Shown here: in pieces, positions 27,393 to 40,700 of the stretch
Layout of the letters: each line of letters opens with the position of its first letter
How positions within the stretch are numbered: the first letter of the stretch is position 1
NCBI GenBank assembly: GCA_965153455.1
Contig: OZ234493.1
Location: 4,464,001-4,528,000, forward strand
Direction: 5' to 3'
Length of the DNA: 64,000 nt
From: Sphagnum compactum
Lineage: Eukaryota
Translations under genes and position numbers: made by a program
Notes under the pieces: model-generated
What the model was told of the DNA's origin: nothing
Databases searched by the model: none
The model's input: the letters and a program-made list of their open reading frames with translations, nothing else

Positions 27393-28712
27393 AACAGATT
27401 ATGAATTTTGCATCAATCATCCTCAGATTTTGCTATGGTTCAGGGTTCAGGGTAGTAAGGTTGAATATGTTTTGACATTTGTCTTCGGTGACAAAAGTGA
27501 AATTGGTGTGTTTAGTTTATTATTTTGCTCAGGATTTCCTGTATCCTTGAGCATTGTTTTTGTTAAGGGATCTGTCTACTCTTACATGATGTTTTATTTA
27601 CAATCATAAATGTAGTCTGAAGATCTTTTTTGCTTTTGGTGAGGATGTATAATCTGCTTGGTCTCAAATTGCTGTTTTTTCAGATGGAGAGTTGACCAAG
27701 TCTTGCTCCAAAGGAATGTAGGGAGCATCCAGTTTAGGGTGCCTCATAATGGTTGCCCAGCATCAAATTCAAATGTGTATGTGGCATTCTGTTGGTAATG
27801 TGGTCACCAGCAGAAGAGTGGTTGCCTCTACTTGTCCCAGAGATGGGCACCCTCACTGCTCATTTATGTTTTGCCTTGACGTGTTGCCATAGACATGCAA
27901 GGACTGATGAATCAGCTGCAATCAACTTGTTATGCTGGAGTGTTAGGTTCTATGATTCAATTTTGTTGGCTCTGTGCAGAGGGAAGAGACTTTATGTCTG
28001 TGTAGGATTTGGTATCCAATTCTGGCTTGAACTAGGAACCGATCTACAAGTGACAGCTGGAGATCTCTCTGTACAGATTCTTTCTCATTCTCAGTTATCC
28101 GGATTGTACCGATACTCTTAAGCTTTCCTTGAAACCATGAGTGAATCTGAAGGTTAGTCACAGTGATGGAAATGGGCTTTTCTGCTTCTGCATCCCTGAG
28201 GTTTTATTACCCTCAACTGTAAAATAATCTCTGGTACAAAAATGAGTACCTAATTGACACAATTTTAAATTATTTGTTAAGGTCTGGTGATGAATGTAAA
28301 GTCCCTTGCTACTAGAATCTAGTGGTCTGGTATGATAATCTCTCCATTGTAAGTAACATTAGCATAGAAGATAGCTCTGCAAATGCTTAGTTGTGATTCC
28401 ATGTTGGGTGCCTTAAGTACATAAATAAATGAATATTAGGTGACCAATCTTAAAGCCTAAATTTTATTTTTTTGTTGAAGGGCCCGTTAGTTAACCCATG
28501 AAATGGACCTATGGAATTGTTGAGTTAGTTATATGGGCGAGTTCAAACCAGCAACAGTTTAAAAATAGGAAATGTCTCATGAAGTTGCCATCAAATGACC
28601 TCACAAGTTAGTTCACAGAAAAACCGGGTGGAATGCTCCTCGCCCTGCAGGGCAAAGGCAAACAACAAAGACAAAAAACTGCAACTTGGTAAAGTCCAAG
28701 AAATTATGAAGC

Positions 28713-28785
28713 TAGTCCCGGCGGGTTTCGAACCCGCGACCTTTCGCGTGTAAAGCGAACGTGATAACCACTACACTACGGAACC
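28713..28785 (-). tRNA. trnV-UAC: tRNA-Val (anticodon UAC)
   Basis: Reverse complement GGTTCCGTAGTGTAGTGGTTATCACGTTCGCTTTACACGCGAAAGGTCGCGGGTTCGAAACCCGCCGGGACTA (73 nt) folds as a cloverleaf, with anticodon stem TTCGC/GCGAA around TT-TAC-AC and T-loop TTCGAAA. A TATA-like TATATTAAA lies about 30 nt upstream. Confidence 0.97.
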
Positions 28786-30055
28786 AACCATGCGAGTTAC
28801 CTGTAGGACCCGTTTAATATACCTTGTCACATTCTTCATCCCCACAAATGCAGTCATAATCAATTTTCGTTATGGACAGCTCCAAAAAATGATCATCCCA
28901 CCACATCCATTTTGTAACAGACACTTCTCATTTCTTTACAGGTGATATAGATACCATGCTTTTCCACATTGGTATGCAAGTTTTTTGATTTTAATGGTGT
29001 TGCATTGCACCAATGAATGTCTATCTTTTGAACATCCAGTACGGGTTAAAGTCAGAGCTTCGTGATTTGGCCCTCTTCTTTTGGGTCTCTTTCCAGGAGG
29101 GCACCTTATATTTCCTTCAATATCCATCCCTCTTAGGAAAGACGAGGGATATTGTGCCTACTCCTTAAGAGTGCGAGACAGATCTTAGGATATTATGTCT
29201 ACTAACAGGCATAAGATGCTTCCCACTCTTAAGGAGTAGGGGTAGGAACCCTTCCCCCTCCTACTACTCATGATCTACATAACCTTCCCGATGGTCTCCT
29301 GGGTTTCGAAGCATATGCAATAGAACCTGACCCATGACATCTATATATCACAGAAAAGCATCATTGGAAATCAACAGAAACCTTACCCGACATTGGGAAC
29401 CTGTGTGTCGTGTGGGGTGAAAATCACATTCAGAGTTTGCATGTAACTCCACACATCATCAGACACCAATTGATGACCTCCATCTTCTCAACATACATCT
29501 TTGAAACAGAATACCTATTCAAGTGCAAAAAAAGCACATGGATTGCTGTACACCTTCAGAGATCTAGTTCAATGTCTATAATATTTTCAAGGAACCACAT
29601 TTGTTGCTGCTATCCTTTTCAATTAGGAGAGGCAAGGACACACAAATCCGTGCAGATACATACTGCAAACCCCTAAACCGATCACCAATCTGATTCTTGA
29701 GAGAAATTACTCATAAGAGTCAAAAGTATGACATCCCAGTAGCAAAACAGCTCACAACCACAAAAATCTGGGCCTAACCCCTCCATCAAGCCAAAAATGC
29801 CCTCAGACCTCTGAAGCCTCTGCAAGCATCCTGATTTCTACAAGTAACCAGGACAATGCATTGTTCTCATGAAGATCAGCTCTAACTGTACAAGTGATCT
29901 CACTAGTAAAGCTGAATTCTCAGCTGCCGGATGCAGGGATTATGTATAGAAGATAATGTCAAGCAACCCATCGTACTGATGAGCAATCTACTGCCTCTGT
30001 TAAGTACCAGAGGGCACCTGGATGCCTACAGAGAATCTGGCATTACTAGTCCTTA

Positions 30056-32101
30056 TTAGTTTGAAGGAGTTTTGTGTGTCCTGAAAAAGGCAGAAAGGGT
30101 GGATGCATCATCTGAGCCAGTAACCTGTTGACACCAATCCGGAAGACAGGCAGCCAGCAGGCGTAACAACCACACCTTGTTTGCTGCCAGCAATTCTGCT
30201 TCAGTCACTTGGTTACTACCCTGGTATAAGTGACAGATGGCACTCACCAGCTCACCTTGTTGCCTTGGAGATAGTAGACTGCCTGGAGTTCTGGAGCAGT
30301 CTCTATAGAGGGATAGATAGCCAACTGCTACCTGAAGCTCATGGGGAAGCTCTCCGAGACGAAACGAGGAGCAACTGCGTTTTCTCACAAGCATCCAATT
30401 CAGAAAATGCCTGTGACCTACCTCTGTCCCAACTTCAAATGCTTGCTGTGACCATTGTTTTCTTAGTTGAATCTTGACAGTATGGTCTGTGTCTTGTAAC
30501 TCTGCGAGTATTGCCGCTTCTGCCAAAGTTGCAATGGGGTCATTGAGAAAGTTGGAGTGCAAAGCAAAGAGGAGTCCCTCTGGTCCTCTTGGTTTCCCCC
30601 TGATATTTGATGCTGCACATCTTACAGTCTCAACCATGCTGATGATATCCATTGGCTTGGGTATTGCATGTAGAAGGTATTCTATCGCCTCCCCTTGACA
30701 GAAAACAATTGCCATGTCAAGATATATGAACGAAGCATCAAAACAGCTTTGCTCTAGGAAACATTGCACAACGGGAAGCAGCACATTTAGTCGAGCTGCT
30801 TGAAAAATAGGAAGAACTGTGACTGTTGCACTCAACTCCTTGATTCCACAGTCCACTAAGAGGAACTTCATCATCTTCAGTGGCCACTCCAATCTGCATT
30901 TTGCACAGTCATGGCTGAGATGATTATCACCATGATGATCATGGAAACACCTTGCAATGTGGAGCAAAGACCTCACATCCTCAAATTTGGAATCTGCCAG
31001 GGCAAGGAGCTGGGTACTCACAAGCTCCACACCTCCACTACGACATACAATTGACAAAAGTTTGAGCATGTCCTCTATTGTAGTCTCCATGTCCTCTCTC
31101 CTGACATCCATGTATCCAGCTTTCACCATCTGAATCGAATTGACGGGCAGTTGGGTGGCCTGCATATGCACTGCTCCTTGAAGAGATTTTACATTTCTCT
31201 CCTGAAACCTCATCAACTTACACAGGAAGGTGACACAAATCATCAAAAGGATTCTTCCAACAAAGTCAGGTGTCAAGTGTCTGGAGCCCAGAACAACTAT
31301 CTGCTCCAGAATCTTGGCCTTATTGTCAAACACATGCCTATTCCAGTACTCAATCATGGCATCCCCACAGCTGACTTGCAAGGCTGTCCGAAAATTCCGT
31401 GCACCAGCTCCCACCAGGATTTCAATTGCATTGAGAAGGAATTCTGCCTCTTCAACCGTCTTGCAACTCCAGATCCGGGCTACGCCCATCAGCAAGCATT
31501 TCTCCAAACCCTTGACATCAGCCACATGAACAACATGCTCAACCATCTCTTTGCGGAGACCAACTAAAGCCCCCACAAAGGCAGCATCAACAGCAGCTCC
31601 ATGTGTTCGCAAAATCAGGGTATCAACGATGTTCACATGACCTGACCAGCCTGCACAAGTCATTGCGTCTACAAGATTTGTTGCTCCTGCATCAATGAGC
31701 ACATGCACAATGCGCTGGTGACCGTCACTTGCAGCTTGCAGCAAAGCTGCATTCAAATCTTCTTCACAGATCAAACCACCACCCTGGTTCAATAGAGCTT
31801 CGAGCAACTGTCGGCGTCTTCTCCCTGCTGCCACTCCCACAGGTAATAATGATTGTGCCATGTCCAGATTCCAACCTTCTTCTCTTGGCAACCAAACCTG
31901 AAAACCCTTGAATTGCTGGCCTGTTGCCAAATAAAAAATTGCATCATCTGGTCAGAGAGGAGGGCTCACATTGTTGTTGTAGCTGAGACAGAATCCTCTT
32001 CAAATCCAAGGACTGGTAGAACCTTTCCTGCAGGCATATATTCCCTTCTTCAGATCAGTTATTGCTTTCAGCTCTTGATAAGAGAAAGTCTGCCGTTGCA
32101 T
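30056..32101 (-). CDS. Ankyrin-repeat protein, SKIP35-like
   Basis: 624-codon ORF 30056-31930 with ankyrin-like repeats (LLQAASDGHQRIVHVLIDAGA, AGWSGHVNIVDTLI) and a C-terminal block WSQQAF..RLGELPHELQVAVGYLSLYRDC..GSLLSPRQQGELVSA that I recognise as SKIP35-like. An in-frame TGA bounds the ORF upstream. A phase-1 first exon 32023-32101 spliced to 31920 is plausible but tentative. Confidence 0.8.
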
Positions 32102-33748
32102 GCTCACGCACATGGATAATGGACTCTTCTTCAATTCCTCCCACAAAGCCTTGCCTTCCTTATGATGCCTGTCTTGTCTTCTTCACACACGTGCAGCTTG
32201 AACCTCAGAAGAATATTCCGGCACGAATGAATATTTAGTGTTCTGTCGCGCATGCAAAATAGATCAGGAAGGACTCAGAAGATCATCAGAACGCAAAGAT
32301 CTCAAACCATTTCACGAGTTTGAGCTCCAGCAACAATACCTTTTGCTCTCTCATTTGTCGTTGTTCCGAGATCGTCGCAATTTTTCGGTGTTTCCTCTTT
32401 CCTTCAACCACGCTTTCCTTCCTTCTTCATCCATCTCAGGGGACCGGGGGGCCCTAAAATCATCTTCTCACCAGCTGCTTGCGCTCGGTCGTGACTCGTG
32501 ACTCCTGTTCTTAAGGGAAGATAGATAGATCAGGGCAGACTTCGAGACCGCTCTTCAAGCTTCTTCTTCTTCGCCGTCTATTCCAAAGGAATCATCATCG
32601 CCTTGTGATAATACGAGATCAGGAACAACATACATAAATGCTCCCTAGTCTGTCTTCATAAATCCCCAAAACAACAAAACAAACCAAAAAAAGAAGAAGA
32701 TCAGTAAACAAAGTTGATATGCCGTCGTCACGAATCACAAGCTAGAGATAATAAAAACAGGAACCAACAAAACACAGGCGCCGGGGAGACGAGAACCGAG
32801 CGACTAAATTTGTTCCGCATGACTGGAAAACAGAGAATATCCAACTGCTGAAGAAGAAGAAGATGGTTACAAGTTCCGCCATGGCCGACTAACTAGGTGT
32901 CGCCTCGTCGCCGCATGGGCTAAGAGCTAAGACGTAGAGAGCAGATGTGGAGAGAGAGGGAGAATATGGTGGAGTACTTGGTTGCATGCGATAGATTTGC
33001 GCAAAATCTGCTGAGTGTTTTCTGTGCGTGAGCATGACAAACAGATTCCTCAACCTTTTTGTAAATCTTTTTGTTACTGACAAACTTCTGAGTCCTGTCT
33101 GACCTGTTTTGTTTTCATCAGAAGTTGCTGCTGCTCCTCCTAAAGCCTGAACTGCTTTCTTCCACTCTACCACTGTAGCTCCACTTCTTCTTCCCCCTAT
33201 AAACCTTCTCCTGCAGCAACAATTGTGACTCATTATTCCTTCATTCGCGTTGTTGTTGTTGTTCCCGCTTCTCTTCCTCTTCTTTTGACGACCATCGACT
33301 CATCACTAGTAATTACGCATCTGCACAGGCAACAACAACAGGTCTATGTATGTCTCTATGAAAAACAAAACACTACATAATACACTTACAAAATTTCATC
33401 AACTCCACATTTGTTTCTTCATGTTTTCTTCTCCTTGGCCAGGGTGCACGGGGCTTATAGCTTGACCTCTCATGGCTTCTTATAGCTTGACCCATCTTCC
33501 CAATGTTCTGGTTGTTGGCTTTTGTGCAAAAAATGAATTTCCATAATGCCTTGAACTTGATTCTAGGACTCTTTCATCCTTTAATCACTGGCCTTTCATA
33601 GTCTATGTATGCAACTCATTGATCGATCTATACACAACTCCACCTCTCCTCTCAATGTTTTGAGAGTTTTCTACAAATGTTTTTCACATCACTTCAAACT
33701 TGACTAAAACTCTCCCGTCCTTCAATCACAAGCTTTCTTTATTGTGTG

Positions 33749-33902
33749 TACACAACCCATTAATCTAATTGCTCATGTTTATTTCTTGTGATGTGTTCAT
33801 ACACAACCCATTAATCCAATTACTCATGTTCATTTCTTGTGATGTGTTTCATACACAGCCTATTAATGCAATGCTCGTGTTCACTTCTTGTGATGTGTTC
33901 AT
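33749..33902 (+). repeat. Tandem repeat, ~52-bp unit x3
   Basis: tacacaacccattaat..tcatgtt..tttcttgtgatgtgttca units start at 33749, 33800 and 33852. Confidence 0.9.
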
Positions 33903-34063
33903 GATGACAAGCATATAGGAATGCATTTCTTATACTTGATTAGGACTTTTTCATCTTTCAAATTGTGGGCCTTCTTCAATTCACATACACAACTTATTGA
34001 TCCATACATAACTCGACCTATTCTCCCAATGTTTTGGTTATTTTTTACATTTTTTTTTGCAAT

Positions 34064-34217
34064 CAATACTACAAAATGTGGGTGCATTTCACTAGTCCCT
34101 CTTCACTAGACTAATGAATTCACTGCTTCCCCATTAGGTCCTATTCATTATAATCAATAATTTCACTAGAAATCTAATGAAATCACTTGGTGTACATGGA
34201 CATCTTTTGTTGTAACG
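34064..34217 (-). mobile_element. 154-bp CACTA-ended miniature element, inverted older copy
   Basis: Reverse-complement copy of 34618-34771 with eroded ends (caatactacaaaa ... ttttgttgtaacg). Confidence 0.75.
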
Positions 34218-34617
34218 ATGCAACGTTTCAAATTTGATTAAAACTTTTCCATACTTCACTCATAAGCTCTTTTTTAGTGCATGTACAGAAGACATTAATC
34301 CAATGTCCTTGTTCACTTTTTGTGATATGTTCATGATAGCAAGCACGCAGGGATGCATTATGTGGTATGACACCTTTGCAACCATTGTTTGTGAACTTGG
34401 CTTTTACATGGGATGAAAATAGGTGAATATGTTTCCTTTAATTACACTTAATTCTTCTCACTGACAAGTTGACATTGTTCTTTTTGAAGATAGGATTCAA
34501 CATCTTAGTCGATGTTGTCACAGTTGATCTAAGATACGAAAACTTGTTTCTTTAATCATGTTTTACACTTGGATTTGTTGCCTTAGAGGTATCACATGCA
34601 AATGAAAGGAATTGCTC

Positions 34618-34771
34618 CACTACAACAAAAGGTGTCCATGTATGCCAAGTGATTTCACTAGATTTTGAGTGAATTCACTAGTTGTAATGAACAAGGACCA
34701 ATGAAGAAACAGTGAATTCACTAATCTAGGGAACAGGGACTAATGAACTGCACCCACATTTTGTAGTAGTG
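34618..34771 (+). mobile_element. 154-bp CACTA-ended miniature element
   Basis: Termini CACTACAACAAAA / TTTTGTAGTAGTG form a 13-bp TIR with one mismatch. Near-identical 3-bp flanks ctc/ctt fit a CACTA target-site duplication. Confidence 0.8.
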
Positions 34772-37700
34772 CTTTGATCAACATTCAACAAGTCAATTCT
34801 CTTTTCTTTTTAGCAATTGAAATTTTCAAATGTTTGCACAAATGAACAAATGTTTTCTTATGTGATTATGCCAATGCAACTTAGGGAATGAAAGGTCTTG
34901 AGAATTGTCTGATTGTTTTCTTGATCACTTCCCTTTGCCAACAAGTTTCCATCCCACTTTAAAAGATGCAAGCATCTTCTATCTCAAGTGGAGGCACAAC
35001 TCTTTCTCCATATAATGTGGTGCTTTCATTAATAAAATTTGGTAGGGTTACATCATTTTAATAAATATTCATTGAAAGAATTGACAATTTAAGGACATTG
35101 TTTCAAGTATTAAATAGTTTATTATGTTTTATTTTTTAAATTATAACTATTTAAAAATATGAAAATTTAAGTTTATCTTACTTCTTAAATTATAACCATT
35201 TAGTTAGTTAAAAACAAAATTTTATATGAAAACATAGATTAGAATGCGTTAATTTTTTGAAAATTGAACTTTTTTTTACTATTTACATTATTATGATATA
35301 ATATTTCAAAAACTTATGTTTTACAAGACATGCTAATTTTAATTTTTCGAGAACTTATGTCGTTACTAGATTGTTGCTAGTTTGTGGTGCTTGTGCAATG
35401 AGTAACATATTTTATTTTATTCTTTCTACTTTTTAGATTGTTTCAAAAAATTTATATTAAAATGATTTTAAAAATAAAACTTCAAGTTTTTTGAAATAGT
35501 GGTTAATGGATTTTGATGGTTGTGCAATGAGTAATATATCTTGTTTTTTCTAATTTTGAACACCTTCTTTGAACAATTTCTTCATGATCTAAATATGATA
35601 TCATTTGACAATTGTTGGGAATTGCTTATTCAAAGATACAATCAATACACAAGTTATAACTCAATGAATTTAACCTTTAGGAAAATAAAATAAAATGATA
35701 TAATCCATTTGGTGGCTTTCATCTCACAAACAAGAAATTTTATTAACATGTATTATTTGTATTGGTTCATTGTTCATTTATGTTTGCATGAGTCTTGTTA
35801 AGTGATCAAGTTTTGTTTCTTATATTTCTATCTAGTTTACATTCATATTTTTGCTTATTCCTTTATGCTTAATTATTCATAATGTGTTATTTTGTAATAT
35901 TAACAAAACCTTTGTCGCTTTACTAAAGGAATGCATATTGAGATTGTATATGAAACAAATTCTTCATGTTCTCTAGTGATTTCAATGGTGTTTAAAGACT
36001 TGTGTGTAACAAGACCCCACATTAACATTGTCAAGTTTACAATAGTGATTTTTGCATGACAATTAAGGGTTAATGTTTTCATCTCTTAATGGGCCTTTGT
36101 GTCATTAGTCCAAGTATATTAAATCTTTTATAAGTTTACCCATGTATAATGATTACTAAATTCAAAGTGGGTTTAACTTCATAGTTCTTATGGAATCCAA
36201 TTGTAAAAAAAACCATTAAATTCTTATAGTCAATTTCTAGAAACCAAAATCATTTTAAACTCAATAACTTTTGTTTTATTCTTTTGAAATTATAAAATTA
36301 CAAGTGTGTACAACCCCTCATTGAGAACTTTGTAATACTAGAACCGGAATACGAGGGCTCATGGTTTGGGAAAGTTATAACATGGTCATCATGGGTTTTG
36401 GCCTAAATTTAGCTAGTTGGTGAAATTATTTTTCAAAAATGGTTAAGATCATGTGTTTTATTTCTTTTCTATCCACCAAAATTATATTAAAAAATATTTT
36501 GAAAATCACCAAATTTCATTAATGGGTTTTAACATGTAGCCAAAAAATTAAAAGATGTTTAAACTTTCTAGCTTTTATATCTTGTTTATAGCCAAATTTG
36601 ACTAAATTGTGTTATAGATATGATTGACATTTCAACAAAATCACTATATATATATATATGGTCACATACAAACAAAAAAAATAAACAAAAAAATTCCTAT
36701 TTTATTATATGGATGTGGCATTGTTGTGTTGATCCTAGGTTTGATGACCATATCATTCCATTCATTTTTCCATGACAACTAGATTGGAATAATGATCGAT
36801 AGATTGTTATTCTTTCATTATTAGCCCATGAGACATTTTTAGCATTTAGAAATGTTGTGGTAAGATAAAAAGGTTTTTAAAGCTTAGTTTTGGAGCATGA
36901 TGGCAAGAAGTATGATTTTAAAAAAGAATTGAGGGTGGAAAATTCTCAATATTTTTTGTAGTGTTTTTGAAGAAAAATTAAAATTAAAAAAACTAAAAGC
37001 TTTTTTTTTTCAGCAAATCTCTTTCACATTTTTATATCAAAGTTGAAAAAAAGTACACTAGGTACCAAAAGGTGTTGATGAAATTAATTTGAGCTCTAGA
37101 GGCTATAACATATCATCCTCACGAGAGATATGTGTTTAGAGGTCTTTGTTTATCAATGAATGACACATCTATGAATGAATTTAGAACAAACATGATGAAA
37201 GATTCAACCTTGACATTCATCAATAATGTAAGTTTTTTTTAACAAGTAAAAAAATGGCAAAGGTGCTAACAGTTTGTGAAAGATCAAATCTATGAATTGG
37301 TGAAATTCATTTCCCTCCATAAAGGGAAGTTGCATCTCAAAAAAAAAAAAAGAATTTTGCATTTAAATTAACCTTGTGTTAAACCCAACATTTGGAGCAT
37401 GAAATATACTAGGATAATTAGGTATTACTTCAAATAAATAATCCACAACATTGTGGAATGAACTCATGATAATTTTGAATTTTTTTGTTGCAGTAGCCAT
37501 AATGAGTCAAGTCAAAATCACCCAAATATTGATGTTAATGGCAAGAATAATAAACTTGCTAAATTTTCAACACATCTAAAATGTAATGCAACCTATGCAA
37601 CCTATTTCAAATCGTAAGTTTGTTTCCACCTTTTACAACTAGTTTTCAATCTATTGTATTTTATTGACATACAACATGTTTTATTGATTATTTTTTGGTG

Positions 37701-40700
37701 GGTTGAATAATGCAAATTTCTTACGTGCCTAGGGTATTTGGGAATGTGAATTCAAGCAAGCAAGGTCACCTTTGTTGCGCAAAGCCAAACACATTGTAGC
37801 AATCCACCGTGAAGAAACTTTTCAACAACGTGGACTACTAGTAATGTGCCCATAGTGCCCAAGTGCAAAGGTTCAAAATTGTTAATCTCCATATTGTTAC
37901 CGAGGATGCAATTTGTAATGTAATCCAACTATTTCCCCATGTTGAGCTAGCATTCAAGAAACAGAATTAACATAGGAATGAATATTATAATGAGAAGTAA
38001 AACCCCACACTTTTTGAAAAACGCAATTAATATAATTTTTTCACATAACTTTTTTGGAGAAATGGGAGATAATTTTTTGGGTCTTGCACAACCTTTCATT
38101 AATTAATTTTTGATCTCACAACTTGCTTTTCTTTCAAAAATAATGATGAAAGGAAACTAAAAAATATAATTCATGATAATCACTCCACCAAAAAAATAAA
38201 TTTGTATGGTGAAAATATAATTTTATTATTTTCTTGGAGAAGACCTTCTCACACAAAGGAAAATTAATATTTTTACACAACCCTTATATATTCATGGTTT
38301 TAATATGTCGCTGTGATAATATCATTATTCAAACTGCAACAAGCTTAAATAATCAATGAGCTTCACTTCATTTTAGCTTGTTAAGACAAGACAAAGTAGA
38401 AAGGCATCAAAGCGCAAGGCATTGAGAAATAAATAAACAAATAAAGAAAGAAAAAACAAAATCAAAGGAGCCAAGGAAAAGAAAAAAAAAAGATTGAAGT
38501 CCAAACAAAAAATCACACCCAAAACTGCGAAACACACAATGGGGAGTCTTAAGAGGAGAAAACACAAAAACCTAGGACCTAAACCCATCACCAATAGCAC
38601 GAAACAAGTTGTGCAAAGAGATGGACAAAGAACCTAAAAGGACACCAAGGCAACATTGAGAGATGTACATAGAGACACTTGGGGTTGCTTCTTGTGCCAA
38701 ATTGGTTCATTGGCTGCACTAGAAAGCTAGCTATTAAGCTACCAACTAGAAACAAAGTTTTTTAATCAAGAAACTTGATGTTGCCGAATCTTTGGTTCAA
38801 CTTTTGTTTGGTACTAACTACTAACATAACACCTTGTGGAAGTACTATGGCACAATTTAACACATTGATATGTGTTTGGTCACAATCATAATGCTAACAA
38901 TGTGACTAGACGAGGGAGTGTGTACCTTATTCAATGATATGTGGTACAACGTCAAAATTAAACTATTGAAACATTATGAAGCCTTCAAACAATCGATGCG
39001 TTGATACGAATGTTGTCAAACGAAAAAGGCGACAGCAACTGTACTCAAAGCACGGCCAGAACTGTTAGAGTGTATCTGTAGTGCATGTTATCAAGTGGAA
39101 TATGTCTTTGAATTTCAAAGATGAGATGCTTGCTTCAACAACATGTGAGATTTGTTTTTTCACATGTCATGCTTTTCTTTTCTTTTTTTCTTCTTAAATC
39201 AGTTTTTCCATATGAGATTCCTGGTAGATACACCCCAAATATCATAAGAAAAAAATGGAAAAAAAATTTGCCCGGGGTGTTCCCAAAATAAGTGGCCCTT
39301 TTGGGTCTGTCCCAAGTGGGCGCTTATTTCATGCCTTGCTCCTCAATTGTTCCTTAAGAGTATCCACTCCAGTGCTCACTATGTGACCATGCAAAATGAT
39401 TTCTGACATCCAAGTTTTAGTGATTTTACTTTATTGCAACCTCACCCATCAAAACTCAAAGGGGGGTCTGCAAACAACAGGTGGGAACCACCACTAGTGG
39501 CAAACCGCCTGGATGAATCATTATGATTGGCCAATCAAAAATCAGGGAGCAGAAATCGGATTATGTTTATTACACTCTTCTCTAGCAGGTGCACAGCAGC
39601 ATTGCTGCGCTTTTTACCAGCCTCAGCAAACCGATCAAAAATATGCAGGAGAAAAACTATTTTCCTTCCTGAGCCAAACCCGGCTGCACACATGTTGACT
39701 TTAGTTCATCCGATTTTAATGTGGAGTGTCACATACTGAGCACCAGTGGAGATAGATGCACTTGGTGTCACCACCCTACACACCAAGCTACATACATAGT
39801 GAACCAAAAGAAGGAACTTACTTCTTCAAAAGTTCAAAGAATCTTTGTGTTCTTGTTGTGTCACAAAAGCACACTAGCATATCCATATGCAGCAGCAAAA
39901 ATGGGCTGTACACAGTACGGTAGATGAAATCTAGCATTTAAGTTGTAGCCGAGGTTCCAGTACAAGTGAGGAAGGGGCACTCGAGGGTGTGAGCCCGCCG
40001 AGCGAGGGTGTTCCTGAATCTCAACAAAACACACGAGTACAAGAACCTCCACCTTCCCTTCCGTAAACAACACTCTTTTCATTTCCTCCCTTCTTCGTCA
40101 TTTCGTAAAAATGAGATATTTCCATGAGAGAGATCGTGGGAACATATAACATTGAGGAGAGAGAGCTCCCCCGGCATAACACCCTAGGGTTCTTCGGCTG
40201 GGGAAGATCCCTCAAAATAAATACACACACACATTTTTAAAAAGAGGAGTCTCTCTCTAACTTTACAATGGCCAATTTTTTTATATTGAGGGGGAAAGGT
40301 ATGGAAAAATTAATTGTCACTCGATGTTGTTGTATGTAGTAATTAGGGGTAGAGGCCCAAATAGGGGATGCTCCGACTTAGAGCAAGAATTTGAGACAAA
40401 TATAGGTTAAGTTGCAATCTAGACCCTAGGAGGCCAAAAAATCCCTTAAGCTACTACTATACTCTATATAATGAATGTAAACACAATATATTATATACTT
40501 GCCCTTGGTAGTATAGGCAAGGCCGACAATAGAAAATCTTGCAGTGCTTGACTTTTCCTAGATTGCAAATCTTCTAGGGGAAAAAAAATATCAAGCCTCA
40601 GATTTTTAGGGTTTTCAAGGTGTTGTTGGGTTTTTTTTATAATAAAAATTCCCAATATTGAGAATATATCTTACATAGATCCAAATACAGTTGCAATTTT

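Larger units (their letters stand above)
33420..35000 (+). mobile_element. Decayed 3' portion of an RLE-type (CRE-like) non-LTR retrotransposon
   Basis: Broken translation retains a Cys/His knuckle region, then DTFATIVCELGFYMG, QVDIVL..LVDVVTVD, LAIEIF and KMQASSI. This is the motif order of a restriction-like endonuclease tail. Many stops and frameshifts. Confidence 0.65.

Noticed and set aside
27051-28161. ORFs 27051-27279, 27364-27609 and 27753-28121 as separate genes
   Set aside because: Better explained as intron read-through and 3' UTR of the D-box gene; only 27280-27392 fits the spliced model.
30181-31911. Plus-strand ORFs opposite the ankyrin gene
   Set aside because: Antisense shadows of a real CDS with no motifs.
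32990-33120. Possible conserved miRNA precursor (tgaca-containing segments)
   Set aside because: No match to conserved plant miRNAs that I recall and no extended stem.
37700-37960. Exon-like segment on the minus strand
   Set aside because: All three minus-strand frames contain stops and no family was recognisable.
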